DNA of 63,175 nt, counting the filler, from Perkinsus chesapeaki ATCC PRA-425 (lineage: Eukaryota; Protista; Perkinsozoa): the NCBI GenBank assembly GCA_013115145.1. It is 11 parts of 11 records of this genome, joined end to end, with 100 filler letters (N's around TTAATTAATTAA, not from the genome) between each part and the next. Parts side by side here need not be neighbours in the genome. Positions count along the whole stretch, not along the records: positions 33,326 to 57,991 come from JAAPAO010000540.1; positions 58,092 to 59,357 come from JAAPAO010002070.1; positions 59,458 to 60,623 come from JAAPAO010002134.1; 8 more parts are not named here. One strand, 5' to 3'. This document shows, one piece after another, positions 49,159 to 60,623 of this stretch (positions within the stretch are counted from its first letter, which is position 1; every line of letters begins with the position of its first letter). The translations under genes were made by a program, and so were the position numbers. Below the pieces are notes generated by a model. It ran no database searches, was not told the origin of the DNA, and saw nothing but the letters and a program-made list of their open reading frames with translations.

Positions 49159-52100
49159 TTAGTAGTATCTCATTGTGTCGCCTGTCTCCTTTACATCTAT
49201 AAATTGCTCGCCTCCACCTTCGCTCCAGACATCGGTTCTTGCAGTTTCTTTGTAGCAAGCGCTGGATGCGCGTGAACGGAGGTGTTCATATATATGAAAT
49301 TCGCGATCGTCGTTATTATTTTGCAGTATGTACCTGTTGCTTCGCTCCGCCGCAAATATTATATTTTTGCGCCTTACCTCTGGCACTTGGGTTTCTCCTA
49401 TCATAAAAGCCAGCAGCAGCAGCTAATGGAATAAGGAATCTTGGAAGCCAATAACAAAGCTCCATGAAATTGCCGTGCCTAGTATGGTCGATCATCTGAG
49501 TCAAAATTCATGTCATACCGTATTTCCCACAAACCCTACCCTCAGACGGCTGCCAGGATGCATACTCTTGTCACATAGATTATTAGTGGCTTTGCTCATA
49601 TTAGGGTAATTGGAGAACTCCTCACTGCTGAGGATCAATGTCGGAGTTTGGATACCTTAATATAACATTCCAATCAACATTATTACTGAATACCACGATT
49701 AATATAATAAAAGTAATTTTGACGAATATAACAAACAAAAGTAGTAACTCCCATACTGGCTATTGCCTGCCTGGTGAAAGGAGTGCTGCCCGAGAAAAAA
49801 AGCAGTAGCACCCTTCACCCTACTTGAAAATCTATGCTGTATCTGAATATCACTTTAATATATATGTAATAATATCTAATTAGGTATTTATTATATAATG
49901 CTAAGTATAAATTACAATATAGGATACTGCTGAGGATCAATGTGGGAGATATTATAAATTATCTATAAAATATTCACATCAATGAAGCTGTTATCATGTA
50001 CTATAATGATAACAAATGTAATTTCGATGATTATAAAATGAAGCAAAATATTATCACTTGGATAACTTCTATCATCGCGCCAACTTACCGAAAGTGTCCC
50101 CGTACAGACCGCTCATCCCCAGATTCACACTTCTCACCCTGCTTGAGAATTTATGTTGTATTAGCATACTATTTGTTTTAATATATATCACAATATATAC
50201 ATATAATAATGTTTACACAATTTCTATCATTGCGCCACCCTATCAAAAGTTTCCCCGTTTATAACCCACCCTCATTACCATCCTCATGTGCCTTTTCCGG
50301 GAATCTGAATCCATCAGTTCCGTCTCTTGGTGTAACATACGTCCATGGGTCCATTAGAACCGCACATGACACGGACTTATCCTCTATGCGATCAACGCCA
50401 ACAGTTGAACCTGACCAACAATAGATCAAGCGCCGATGTTTCCCAATCTTGAGAAATTCCATCACCCATCGTCATTCAGTACACACTGCCAGTGTGAAAA
50501 ATGAGCGTCAATGGGATGAACATTTCCTTTATTGCACCTTCTCACAGGAAAGTGTGTTATGTGAACTGGACAGTACTACTATAAGCTACTTAGAATGCAG
50601 ACATTTATTTTCATTATACTTTTTAATGGATATTTTTATAATGTAAACTCATTTAATAATACCCTATAATAATACCCTATACCACGCATTCCTCTTATTA
50701 CAATATTCCGCCACAGTAGCGCCCCCAAAAGAGTACCCAACAGGAACAATACGGTTGGGATCGATCAAGGCAGAGACTTCATTCAACAGAGGGTCTGTAG
50801 ACACTTCTTTCCCACCGTGCAGTGCTACAAAGTATCTGATAACCAGGCTATCATCTAGCAGTCCTCGACTACTAAAAGTGCTCCTAATGCGGAGGAAAAA
50901 TCTAAGGTAATTTCTGAAGGGAAATATTTTTCGCAGACCAAAAGAGAACATGCAATTCTCCTGGGCTTAACAACTGACGAGGCCATTAGACTCCCTTACG
51001 AGGCAGCTTACTGGTGAGCCTCGTGAGAATCTACGAATATACTAGATCAATGTGTCCAATTCATATTAATAATGCAATAATTGAACAGTGTTCACATTTT
51101 CAATATTGAAATATAAATTTCATATAATATTAAATAATACATTCATATGCACTGTAATATGCCCTATGTGTCATTCGAGCGGAATAACGAATTCAGAAAA
51201 TGCCACTGGTGGCTTCATTGCATTCATAAAGGGAAATCGCAACAGAAGCGGTCGGTCGTCAACCGGATCGACTATTCCTGAGCAACTAAGAAGCCGCATT
51301 TCCTCTTACTCTATAACAGACTTCATTTCATTGGCACGCATGCGCACTTGCAGCGGACGAAGTTCCTTGGGAGTAGGATTCTCAACGGGATCCTGAGAAC
51401 ACGTCACCAGGAATCGAACCCGAGTCGCCTGCATGAAAGCCTCACCGGAATGTAGGGAATCTGCCGACCTTCGTCATCCATGGCTTCACATGCCGATCCA
51501 TCCTGATGGTGGATCTCAACTACAATTGCACCACCAACAATCTCCCCTAAAAACACAATGTGCCGGGATAGAACCAGGGGCCTTTCGAATACTAGCCAGC
51601 CGCTCATCCTGTTCAGCTACGAAAACGGGCGGACTTACTCGTCAGTGCTGAGCACAGCATAGAATTCTCATCTCCATTGCCGGTGAGTCCGTGTGAGAAG
51701 ACCACCAACGGGAGAGGGCTCTCCTTAACAGGCTCCGCTCGATCGAACGTAGCCGGCAGTTTCGGAATAAACAGACGACTAAGAGTGCAACTGCGTTGAG
51801 AAACTTCAAGATTACGCAAGATTGCAAGATCTCCTTACCTCGGCAAGATATAAGCACAAATCTTGACCACAAAATCCAGAATCCACACCAGAAGCTGGCC
51901 AACTTTTGAATTTCTGAACAATGCTCGACCAACTGCAAGCTGACCGAGACTGAAAGAGATGACCTTCGAACGATGCCAACGACAGTGCGGTAAATGTGTT
52001 AATGGCATTTGAGACCAACTCGAATGAGCTATCAAACGATACCGATAAATATATTCGTGATAGTAATATGAAGGCCGGCCAAACGCACCCCTATAGAGCA

Positions 52101-53806
52101 GTGCTCCTCGGAGCTCAAGGAGGAGCGTTGCTGGTGTGGATAATACGAAGAAGAAGGAGTTAGTAAATATGTTTATAGTGAATAAGGGACCATCGACTGC
52201 ATTCACATTCATCTTTATATGGGAATATAAATGCATTTCCTAATATAAATGCATGATATAAATGCATTTCCTAATATAAATGCATGATATAAATGCATTT
52301 CCTAATATAAATGCATGATATAAATGCANNNNNNNNNNNNNNNNNNNNNNNNNNNNNNNNNNNNNNNNNNNNNNNNNNNNNNNNNNNNNNNNNNNNNNNN
52401 NNNNNNNNNNNNNNNNNNNNNNNNNNNNTTTCCTTATATAAATGCATTTCCTTGATAGTTTCCTCCCGACATATCTACTAACACATATCCAAATAATTAT
52501 ACCCTTTGACAGCAAAAAACAAGACGCACCAATTTAAATAATATAAATTATAAAATAAACTCCCTTACAGCATCAAATAATTTTCAGATAGTTTTTTAAT
52601 GTGACTACTTTGTTGCTGCCTTTTCGTCGACGGTTTAGGAAAGGAAATTTTTGTGAAACTGCCTGAAATTGCGCGGTTATAGTAATAATTACTACTACTA
52701 AATTGAGGTATATAATAATACTTCTGACTTTATTAAGCATTTGAAGTATCCAGGCCTGTGGGTGAAAGCGTGTAGAAAAAATTTTTCCTACAAAACTCCA
52801 TGTGAATCACATTAACACACTTTCTGAAAATATTGGGAACTGATAAAGATGGTGCCTGCAAAAGCCCTGGCACGACTTATCCCCTCATTTTCATCCCTTC
52901 ACAGAAAAGAATTTTCCCGGTTTTCGACGCTTACGCATATCTGCGGAAATCTCGAAACCACTGAGTGCGTCTCGAGCCTCTCCGTGAGCCACTCGAGGTT
53001 GCCGCCGGATAGAAAATGCGGCCCTCGACTCCACCAGGAATTCTGTAGTGAATGCAGCCTGTCTTTTTCTCACAGGTGTCCTCAATAATAGAAGACTTGC
53101 GGGCAAAAGTCACTGAACGAAGGGGAAGGGAACGTGTCATCTTTAAATGTGATAAAACGAAAACTTTTGGAAAGAAAAGAAAATCTGGTATTATTCAGAG
53201 CTTCGAGGTCACATTAATAAATACCAAAGCATCCCACATTACTCAACGAGGAGGGAACGTTTCATCTTCAAATGAGAGGAAAACGGAAATTTTTGGAAAA
53301 AAATATTTCCGAAAAATGGCGTTACATTCGTACATACTGTTATTCAGAGCATCGAGGTCACACTACCGAGCTGCACCCATCAAGAAAGCGAAAAATTTCG
53401 TGAATTTCCGGGAAAAGTTTGAATTTCCCCAAAATTTGCGGAAATTTTCAAATGGGTCGAACAGAAAATCGTGAAGCAGTTCACAAAAATTGGATGGCAA
53501 CAATTGAAGTCAAAATCTCCTTAAAAGGAATCCTACACCGCGAATTAATTAGAATAACGACGAGAAAACGATTATCTCAACGAGATAATTTGGGACGAAT
53601 GATGATGAAAAGCTAAGAATATCACAGACAACGACAAGGATTTTTCCCAGAATTTTCCAGAAATTTTTTCTTTTTTTTTTTTGGAAATCAGAGATATAAA
53701 TTCGATTAAAACGCTGACCATAATTAGTTAGTTCAACCACCGCAAGCACCAGGATGGTTTTCCCGAAGCCCGCCAGTCCCCAGCCAGGGTCTAGCTCGCC
53801 TGCCAT
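49159..53806 (-). CDS. PAF-acetylhydrolase-like alpha/beta hydrolase
   Basis: GRIFYPA, PLVVFSHGLTG, CSALTR|EIVGGAIVVEIHHQDGSA, LQVRMRANEM, IVPVGYSFGGATV (GxSxG), AVLMDPW, PTLILSSEEF, TRHGNFME. Ends approximate. Confidence 0.85.
51400..51439 (-). other. tRNA-Glu(TTC)-like 3' half in 53-nt intron (sense)
   Basis: CTTTCAT GCAGG CGAC TCGGG TTCGATT CCTGG TGACGTG; intron 51393-51445. Confidence 0.8.
51549..51590 (-). other. Degenerate tRNA 3' fragment just before an acceptor (sense)
   Basis: AGGCC CCTGG TTCTATC CCGGC ACATTGT G TTTT(T)AG; intron 51547-51638. Confidence 0.55.
52225..52328 (+). repeat. 31-nt tandem repeat in PAF-AH-like intron, running into a gap
   Basis: ATATAAATGCATTTCCTAATATAAATGCATG, about 3.3 copies; similar sequence resumes after the gap. 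Confidence 0.93.
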
Positions 53807-53871
53807 TGTGTCCACTCACCATCTAGATTGTCCCCGCCAGTGTGTGGTGGCATACAGTCAACACAATACCA

Positions 53872-53909
53872 GTGAGACAGAGGCACAGGTTCGATCCCGA
53901 CTCAACGCA
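53872..53909 (+). other. tRNA 3'-like fragment upstream of PAF-AH-like start (antisense)
   Basis: AGAGGC ACAGG TTCGATC CCGAC TCAACGC A. Confidence 0.5.
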
Positions 53910-54399
53910 AATATCTTAATCGATAAAAGTATAACACAATAATAAGTGATAATCCACTCTATTTTCCAGTACGAAGGAACCAATAAAGGATGAAAAACAA
54001 GGCGACCACAAAAACCTGAAGATGGCACAACTTCAGATGAGCAAACACTTCTTGACAAGGCTCCTGCCGATCCACTCCACACACCAGCAGCTCTCACAAA
54101 TCCCATAAACTCGCTCTCCCCCGAATCTCAATGGAATTAGCATACCTCCCCCAGAGTCGGCCAATGAAGAATATAACCTGGACTTCTAAACGATAGGAGC
54201 GAACTTTTAACAACTTAACAGCTTGATTACCTCGATCGCCGAGCTCCGATGATCGAGGTACAACTGTTAAGTAAAATGATCATTAAATTGTCGAAGTTCA
54301 ATACAATTCAACATAATAATAAATTATATAGAATAAGTCTAATAATGAGTGCAATAGCACTACTAACTCCCCTACCTATCGCCCCTTCCCCTTTATTAC

Positions 54400-56479
54400 C
54401 ATTCCTCCTTTGACTATCCACGCATCAACTCTCTGCCGCCTATCAATACTCGTACTCAATGTAGATGATAAACCAACTGCATTCAACACATCGTACATTT
54501 TACGACGAGTATTCTGATAACAACAAAACATCTGGAAATGCAAATCCAACCTAATTTATATCTTAACATTTGAAAAGATATTTCCGCCCCCAACCAACAC
54601 ACACGTTCACGTAACGCCAATTTTTCTACACCTGAGCTGCCATCAGTTATCACACTGAGCTCATAATATTCAATATCTCGCAGAGTCACCCAGTCCATAC
54701 CACTTTTTTAGTTCAATATTACTTCTCACGTCTTTGACAAGCACGCCTCAGAAATAATTGATAAATGAAATGACATTATCGTCGTAAGAGCATCAAAAAA
54801 ATAACAATGCCAAAACCCTTCCGTTTTTCCGGAAAACTTCAACATTTCCAATGTTCCCTCCCCTCCTCCCCCTATTACTTTAAGCACCGAGTTCTGTTGT
54901 GTCATCTTCCCCAATGTAGCATGCCCCTGTCCCAAGATACTATCCAACATCCCCGCACTCTGCTGCAGCGCTTGTCTTTCCCTCAGCAATTGCGACTCCG
55001 CCGAATCCTCGCTCCCGCCATCGGTAGACGATTTTCCGCCAAATAATTTTTCTCGTTGTCGCGTTCGGAATATGTGATTTAATAAACGGTCAGTTGACAT
55101 CTTTATACCATTCAAATCCTCACCTGAAAGCGATGCATTGCAAGAAAACACGGAAAAAGGGAAAAACGAAAAAACGGAAAAATGGAAAAACGAAAAAACG
55201 GGGAAAACGAAAAAACGGGAAAAAGGGAAAAACGAAAAAACGGGCAAAGGGAAAAACGAAAAAACGGGGAAAACGAAAAAATGGGAAAAGGGGAAAAACG
55301 GAAAAACGGGAAAAACGGAAAAACGAGAAAAACGTAAAAACGGAAAAACGTAAAAACGAAAAAAGGGAAAAACGAGGAAAACGAGGAAAATCAGGAGTAA
55401 GTCGGGGAAATATTTCTCGAATGTAATGCTTTGCCAATGAAGTTTCCGATACACTAGATAGGCTGAGCCCACTGGGCTCTTATTACACCTTATTAAGTTG
55501 AGGACATATTTCTATAAAACTACTAACAGATTTGTTCAATTTCCCGTAATTCCGATAAAAGACTAACATCAACGAGCAAACATATATATACCCATTTCTA
55601 TCACGTTACTACGTATTTCGGCCAACCCAGCTATTTCTGCACCCGTATTGTTATTAATAAAATTATCATCTATCCGAGAATTGAACCCACGCCCTTTCGA
55701 TCCCTACGCATCCTCCCTGCCCTCTTCCGCCACATTGGAGTTCCCTGAGGCCCCTTTGCCAACTCCTCGAGGCGTGCTATCAATTTATCCAATTGTTGCG
55801 TTAACATGGCCAATCGTTGTTGGACAGCGACCTCACTCTCGGACGACGCAGAAGCTGATCGATTGCCAGCTGTGGTACCGGAGGAGTAACCTGAATAATG
55901 AGTTATAATTGATAGTAGATAATAAAAAATGGGAAAACGCCATTAGTTCATCGCGTCGGGCTGCATTAAATGATTGAATAGGAACACGCATCTTGAAGTG
56001 AGTTGAAGAAGTCACAATATCAATATAAACGTTAGGGCATTATACCACATTAACAATATGATACAGATTATGGACGAAATGAGTTACCAGTTGAGGTAAA
56101 CCAATTATCAGTTTACATAATAATTTTACAGGCATCTGAATACAGAAGATATATCGTTCTAATTTTGAAACGTTCTTATAACGGCGCCGTACTTAGATAA
56201 ATTATGAATATAGGAGTCCAACTTTGGACCTCAACGAAAGTCCACTGCACAATAAGAAGACAACATTCATAATGAAAATTTGCCAACTTGATACTTCCAG
56301 TTCAGCCGTAACCTTTCCCGTGAAAATTACACATTTAAATGTAGAAATCTTCCGATCCCTCCCTCGGGGTTTTTTCATCACTTACTTGATTCTCCCATTT
56401 TATTTAATAAATCATCAATTTGATTTTTGGTTCTGGTGGCCTCTTGGAAGACATCGGAGATATCATTTGGAGGGTCCAT
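54400..56479 (-). CDS. GOSR2: Qb-SNARE membrin/Bos1 (Golgi SNAP receptor complex member 2)
   Basis: MDPPNDISDVFQEATRTKNQIDDLL | ..WRKRAGRMR|EDLNGIKMSTDRLL..LLRERQALQQSAGMLDSILGQG..QQNSVLK|NTRRKMYDVLNAVGLSSTLSTSIDRRQRVDAWIVKGGM|. Final transmembrane exon not located. Confidence 0.85.
55142..55395 (+). repeat. Purine-rich degenerate microsatellite (GAAAAACG/GGAAAA) inside GOSR2 intron
   Basis: Repeated AAAAAACGGGAAA-type units; lies within intron 55124-55707. Confidence 0.9.
55668..55707 (-). other. tRNA(Leu/Ser-like) variable arm + T-arm at start of GOSR2 intron (sense)
   Basis: GTAGGGATCGAAAGGGC GTGGG TTCAATT CTCGG. Confidence 0.65.
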
Positions 56480-56891
56480 AGAAATGTGCAATGCTATTTA
56501 GGAATGTATATTATATATTACTCTTCATAATTTTTAAATAATATAATATCCCTTGACATAATTTTAGCACAATCGGTTTCTTCCACGTATCTGTGCTGCA
56601 TATAGGAGTTTGAGTCTCCCCTTCACAGAGGGTTATGACAATACCGAGTCTAATATAAGCTCAAAGTTCCAGGTCTAACCTCAGTACTTAAGAATGTATA
56701 TTATATAGTATTTACTCATTTATTTATATTCATACGAGGCAGAAGAGAGGCTTATCTGCGGCCACTATTATCTCACCCAATTTTGGTCAACCATGGAGAG
56801 AGACTTTCGGGACCGAAGGGATGCAAAACAAGCAAGGAAAATTACCTACCTCCACTTCACTTTGGTCATGTTGGAGAAAAAGTCCCAAGAA

Positions 56892-56930
56892 TGTCCTCGA
56901 GCGGGGATCGAACCCGCGACCCTGAGTGCA
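56892..56930 (-). other. tRNA 3'-half-like fragment upstream of GOSR2
   Basis: ACTCA GGGTC GCGGG TTCGATC CCCGC TCGAGGA C, perfect T-stem. Confidence 0.75.
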
Positions 56931-57099
56931 TGCGTGCAATGCTATAATATAATGTGCATGTGATACATACATGTCACAGGGTACATGTGTGTGTCAGGGC
57001 TGACTAATAACAATGTAGAATAGCTATAGGAAATGATAGCCTCTTATAATTACCACTCCTCGCACACATACTTTATTAAGTATCAATTGGTCGGACTCC

Positions 57100-57991
57100 C
57101 GCAGCAATATTGATTGATATCTGACTAGTATCAGATTGTGATAGAGCCCCTATCATAGGAACGTATCCGGTAACACCAGGACTCCTGGTCCAGGAGATTA
57201 ACACTTAGGCTTAATCTTGGAGACTGTTCCGAGGGCAGCCCTAACAAGTGATAGCTTGTCACTGACAAGCTGATCAAGTCACAACAAATCACTGCGTCAG
57301 GCATGAATCTGACTGATACCAGTCGGACTGTTAGACCAAGCCGTAGGCCTGGGCATAGCTCTCCTTTTCAGCGAATCAATTCTGGGAATCAGAATAGACT
57401 CCAGCATCGCATTTTGCGTATAAAAAGCAGTCCTGGGATCGATTCTGAATTTGAAAATCGGTTTATTGAACGATCCCAGTGGGGTCGTCCCACTAGGGCC
57501 CTTCAATCACTGGTTGAATACCGAATCACCGTTTGATCACCTCGCCAACGAATACATATCATTGTCCAACGAGGACAGCTGCTAGATCTTTGGACTTCCG
57601 CCGTAAACGGGACACAGTGTCCCGGCGGCCACTCGTCGCCCACCGGTGGCATCTCACATATGGTTGCCTCGCAGGCGGTCAGCATCGCACCCCCGCTTTC
57701 CAAGAACAAACGACGCTGGCCTAGCAGCTGCAGGGAACAGTGAGCTCTTTTATGTTGATCCATAGCGAGGAATCCGTCAGACTCTTCAACTCTAAGCTCC
57801 GTCTACTGTACCTCCCCGACTGTCTGTCTCCCGCGTCACCAGCCTGTGTCCCGACTCGAGCCTGGAATCGGGAAGCATGGAGTCGTGTGTTTGTCAACTC
57901 GACACTTATGCCCGAGTGGGGAAAAAACTGCTTACAATTTCTTAGTTGGTCTGAAGCTTTTCTAAGCAATAATCGATCATGGCGCCTATCG
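57100..57991 (+). mobile_element. Probable retroelement-derived sequence with hairpin-rich terminus
   Basis: Intronless broken ORFs running into a gap, preceded by a dense palindrome cluster at 57115-57275; no decisive motif. Confidence 0.3.
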
Positions 57992-58091
57992 NNNNNNNNN
58001 NNNNNNNNNNNNNNNNNNNNNNNNNNNNNNNNNNNTTAATTAATTAANNNNNNNNNNNNNNNNNNNNNNNNNNNNNNNNNNNNNNNNNNNN

Positions 58092-59344
58092 ATTCGACAC
58101 TTTACCAGGACTCACTTGCTCATTCGGATGACCTTTCTTGTTGTCCTTAGCAGTACCTTTATCAGCAATAGTAGCAGTAGCAGCAGCAGGTGTAGCAGAG
58201 CTCGAGCGATCAGAACCACCTTTTCCTGAAATAGATTCCCAAGGATATTTAATAGATAAGTTCCTTTCAAGCTTAAGTAGATTCTCATAAGCTGAAGCAA
58301 AAGTGATATCAGTAGGCAAGGTTCCACTCTTACGTAACCACTTAGAATAAGCTTGGGTCAGGTCAGGATTGGCATGAGATATAAGGGCCATAGCTCTCTC
58401 ATAATCAGAAACAAGGGGTATGGCGGTCCACGATCTCAAAGTTTGATAAACTTCGAAACGAGACTGTTCATTGGCGGCGTAGGATTCGAAGGATTCACCA
58501 CGCTTCTGCCTCACAGATTTCCATGCTGACTCAGCTCTATTCAATTCACTAATGCCGTCTGATAATTCAGCCACATAAAGGAGACCAAGGCGTAAAAGCA
58601 AACCCCAACCCGCAACTCATCTTTCCCTATCTCATCACTACCTGTTGCTTCACTAGCATCCTTTTTCTCTTCCTCTTCCTTCGCCTTTCGAGACTCAGTC
58701 TCTGAAGGTTCCGGTGATGGGGATTCGATGGAGGGTGTTGGATCGGTTCGAGGAGCAGTGGACGAGAAATTTAATAAAGAAGCGCCTGGGCCAGATATCA
58801 ATGCTTCACGATGGGGAAGATCTTGACTACACACAGTAATTAGTTTACCGCACTCATACTTGCGGAGAAGGTTCTCTGAATCACATACATCACGCGTAAG
58901 AAAGAAACGCAAGATCTCACGTGAACGATACTGTTTCACCTGGGAACTGCATTTGTATTCCAATATATAAAAGAAAGTAAAGCAGATCAGACATACATCC
59001 ATTGAGTACATATCATGAAGAGCATTGAAACTCTCAATAGAAGCGATTAGGAACTCATAACCTTGAGAGTCATCAGACCAAGCCTTAACCAAAGACGATC
59101 TAACGTTCTCAGCAGCTCCAGAGGCAGTAGAAACCCAGTAGTCATACCAGTAGTTCGGATAACGGTCGGCAAAGTTCAGAAGGTCGCTCAGCACCACTAG
59201 AGCATCATTTGGGGCAGCAGGGCAAACACCAGCAAGGCTTGAACCAACACGTTCAATGGTGGTTAGATCACGCCACTCGTATCCTGTGTTAGATTCTTCC
59301 TCCTCTGGTACCATCTTAACTCGAGACTTATTGGAATTAGACAT
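58092..59344 (-). mobile_element. Retrotransposon gag-like ORF (frameshifted)
   Basis: WKSVRQKRGESFESYA matches the retrotransposon-gag Q..GES+..Y motif; intronless and gap-bounded. Confidence 0.65.
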
Positions 59345-59457
59345 TCAATATTATACANNNNNNNNNNNNNNNNNNNNNNNNNNNNNNNNNNNNNNNNNNN
59401 NTTAATTAATTAANNNNNNNNNNNNNNNNNNNNNNNNNNNNNNNNNNNNNNNNNNNN

Positions 59458-60623
59458 ACCACCCCCTCAACTTCAACGGGTCCCCACCAGAGACTACGCC
59501 GCAGCCATGTACGCGAAGCTTCCTGACGATTTGAAGCAACAGTACAAGATAGCTGTGGAAGATTATGTATCTAAAGGCTTGTGGGAGAAGGTCGACTCAA
59601 GGATCGCCCAAAGCGACCAGTTCCGCCAGCTGCCCTTCTCCAGTACCTTCCTGGTTCATGGCCCTACTCGGAAGCCTCGACTCGTTATAGATCTTAGGGG
59701 TACCAACTCTATGTTGCCCCCTACTACGGCAGCTATGTCTAAGCTGTGGGAAGCGATATGTGGTATCCGTACCCTCTCTCCCACTACCCTTGCTGTAGCC
59801 GATATTAAAAGTGCGTTTTATTCGATTCGATTGTCGTCCGAGTCGAATGTACCTTTCTTTAAGATTCGCACAGCTTTAGGCGATTACATTACTGCTCGAG
59901 TCGGTTTTGGATGCTCTCCGGGGCCAGGGTCGCTTATCAATACTCTAGGAGGTCTTGTACAAGACTATCGGACCGGCAGCGTGTCTCTTCCCGGTTGGTT
60001 GATTGATTTCATCGACGATTTGATTATTGGAGGCCTCGGTTTGTTTGTTGTCTCCAACTTGGCAAGACTCCTATGGTTCCTACAACTGGTAGCTTTCTGT
60101 GCACAACAGAAGAAGCTTGGCATCATTTGTGCTCCATCAGAAGCTGCAGCAGTTAAGAAGTGCCTGCACGACCACGGCTTGAAGTTGCCCATCTCTGATT
60201 CTATATCAATTTTCAACACCTCCTTCAGCTATGATAGTGAACCTCACTTGGGGATTCCCAAGATTGTTCTGACGGTTGACTGCAAGCGTATTGGTCGAGT
60301 GCAGAAAGCTCTATCCTACTTGGAACACGATGCCGCTTTATCTTTACGGCTCACTAAGAAGGCCTATTTCTGCTTGGCTGGTGTGGTGGCCTTCGACTCC
60401 TCTAGACTTCATGGTGAGATGAGACTACTCGGAGATGTGATCCGAGCCTTTGTCGGTAGTCGTTTCGTCTCCACTCCATGGGACAAGGTTTGTGACCTTC
60501 GATCTTTGCGATCGCTAGATCAAGCTTGTTTCACTGAGATCGTAAATTGGGGACTTCAGTTATGTCGACAAGAATGTGTGCCTTGCAAGCATGCTTCACT
60601 TGTCTATGACTACCCGACTGGCA
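59458..60623 (+). mobile_element. Retrotransposon reverse transcriptase domain
   Basis: KPRLVIDLRGTN, VADIKSAFYSI, RVGFGCSPGP, DFIDDLII (YxDD equivalent), QQKK. Confidence 0.9.

Noticed and set aside
54726-55472. Long F/P/R-rich and K/G/E-rich ORFs on both strands
   Set aside because: Artefacts of the purine-rich microsatellite inside the GOSR2 intron.
40715-56930. Split (trans-spliced) tRNA genes as the explanation for the tRNA halves
   Set aside because: No complementary 5' halves or pairing leaders were found, many T-stems are mismatched, and several pieces are antisense; not supported within this window.
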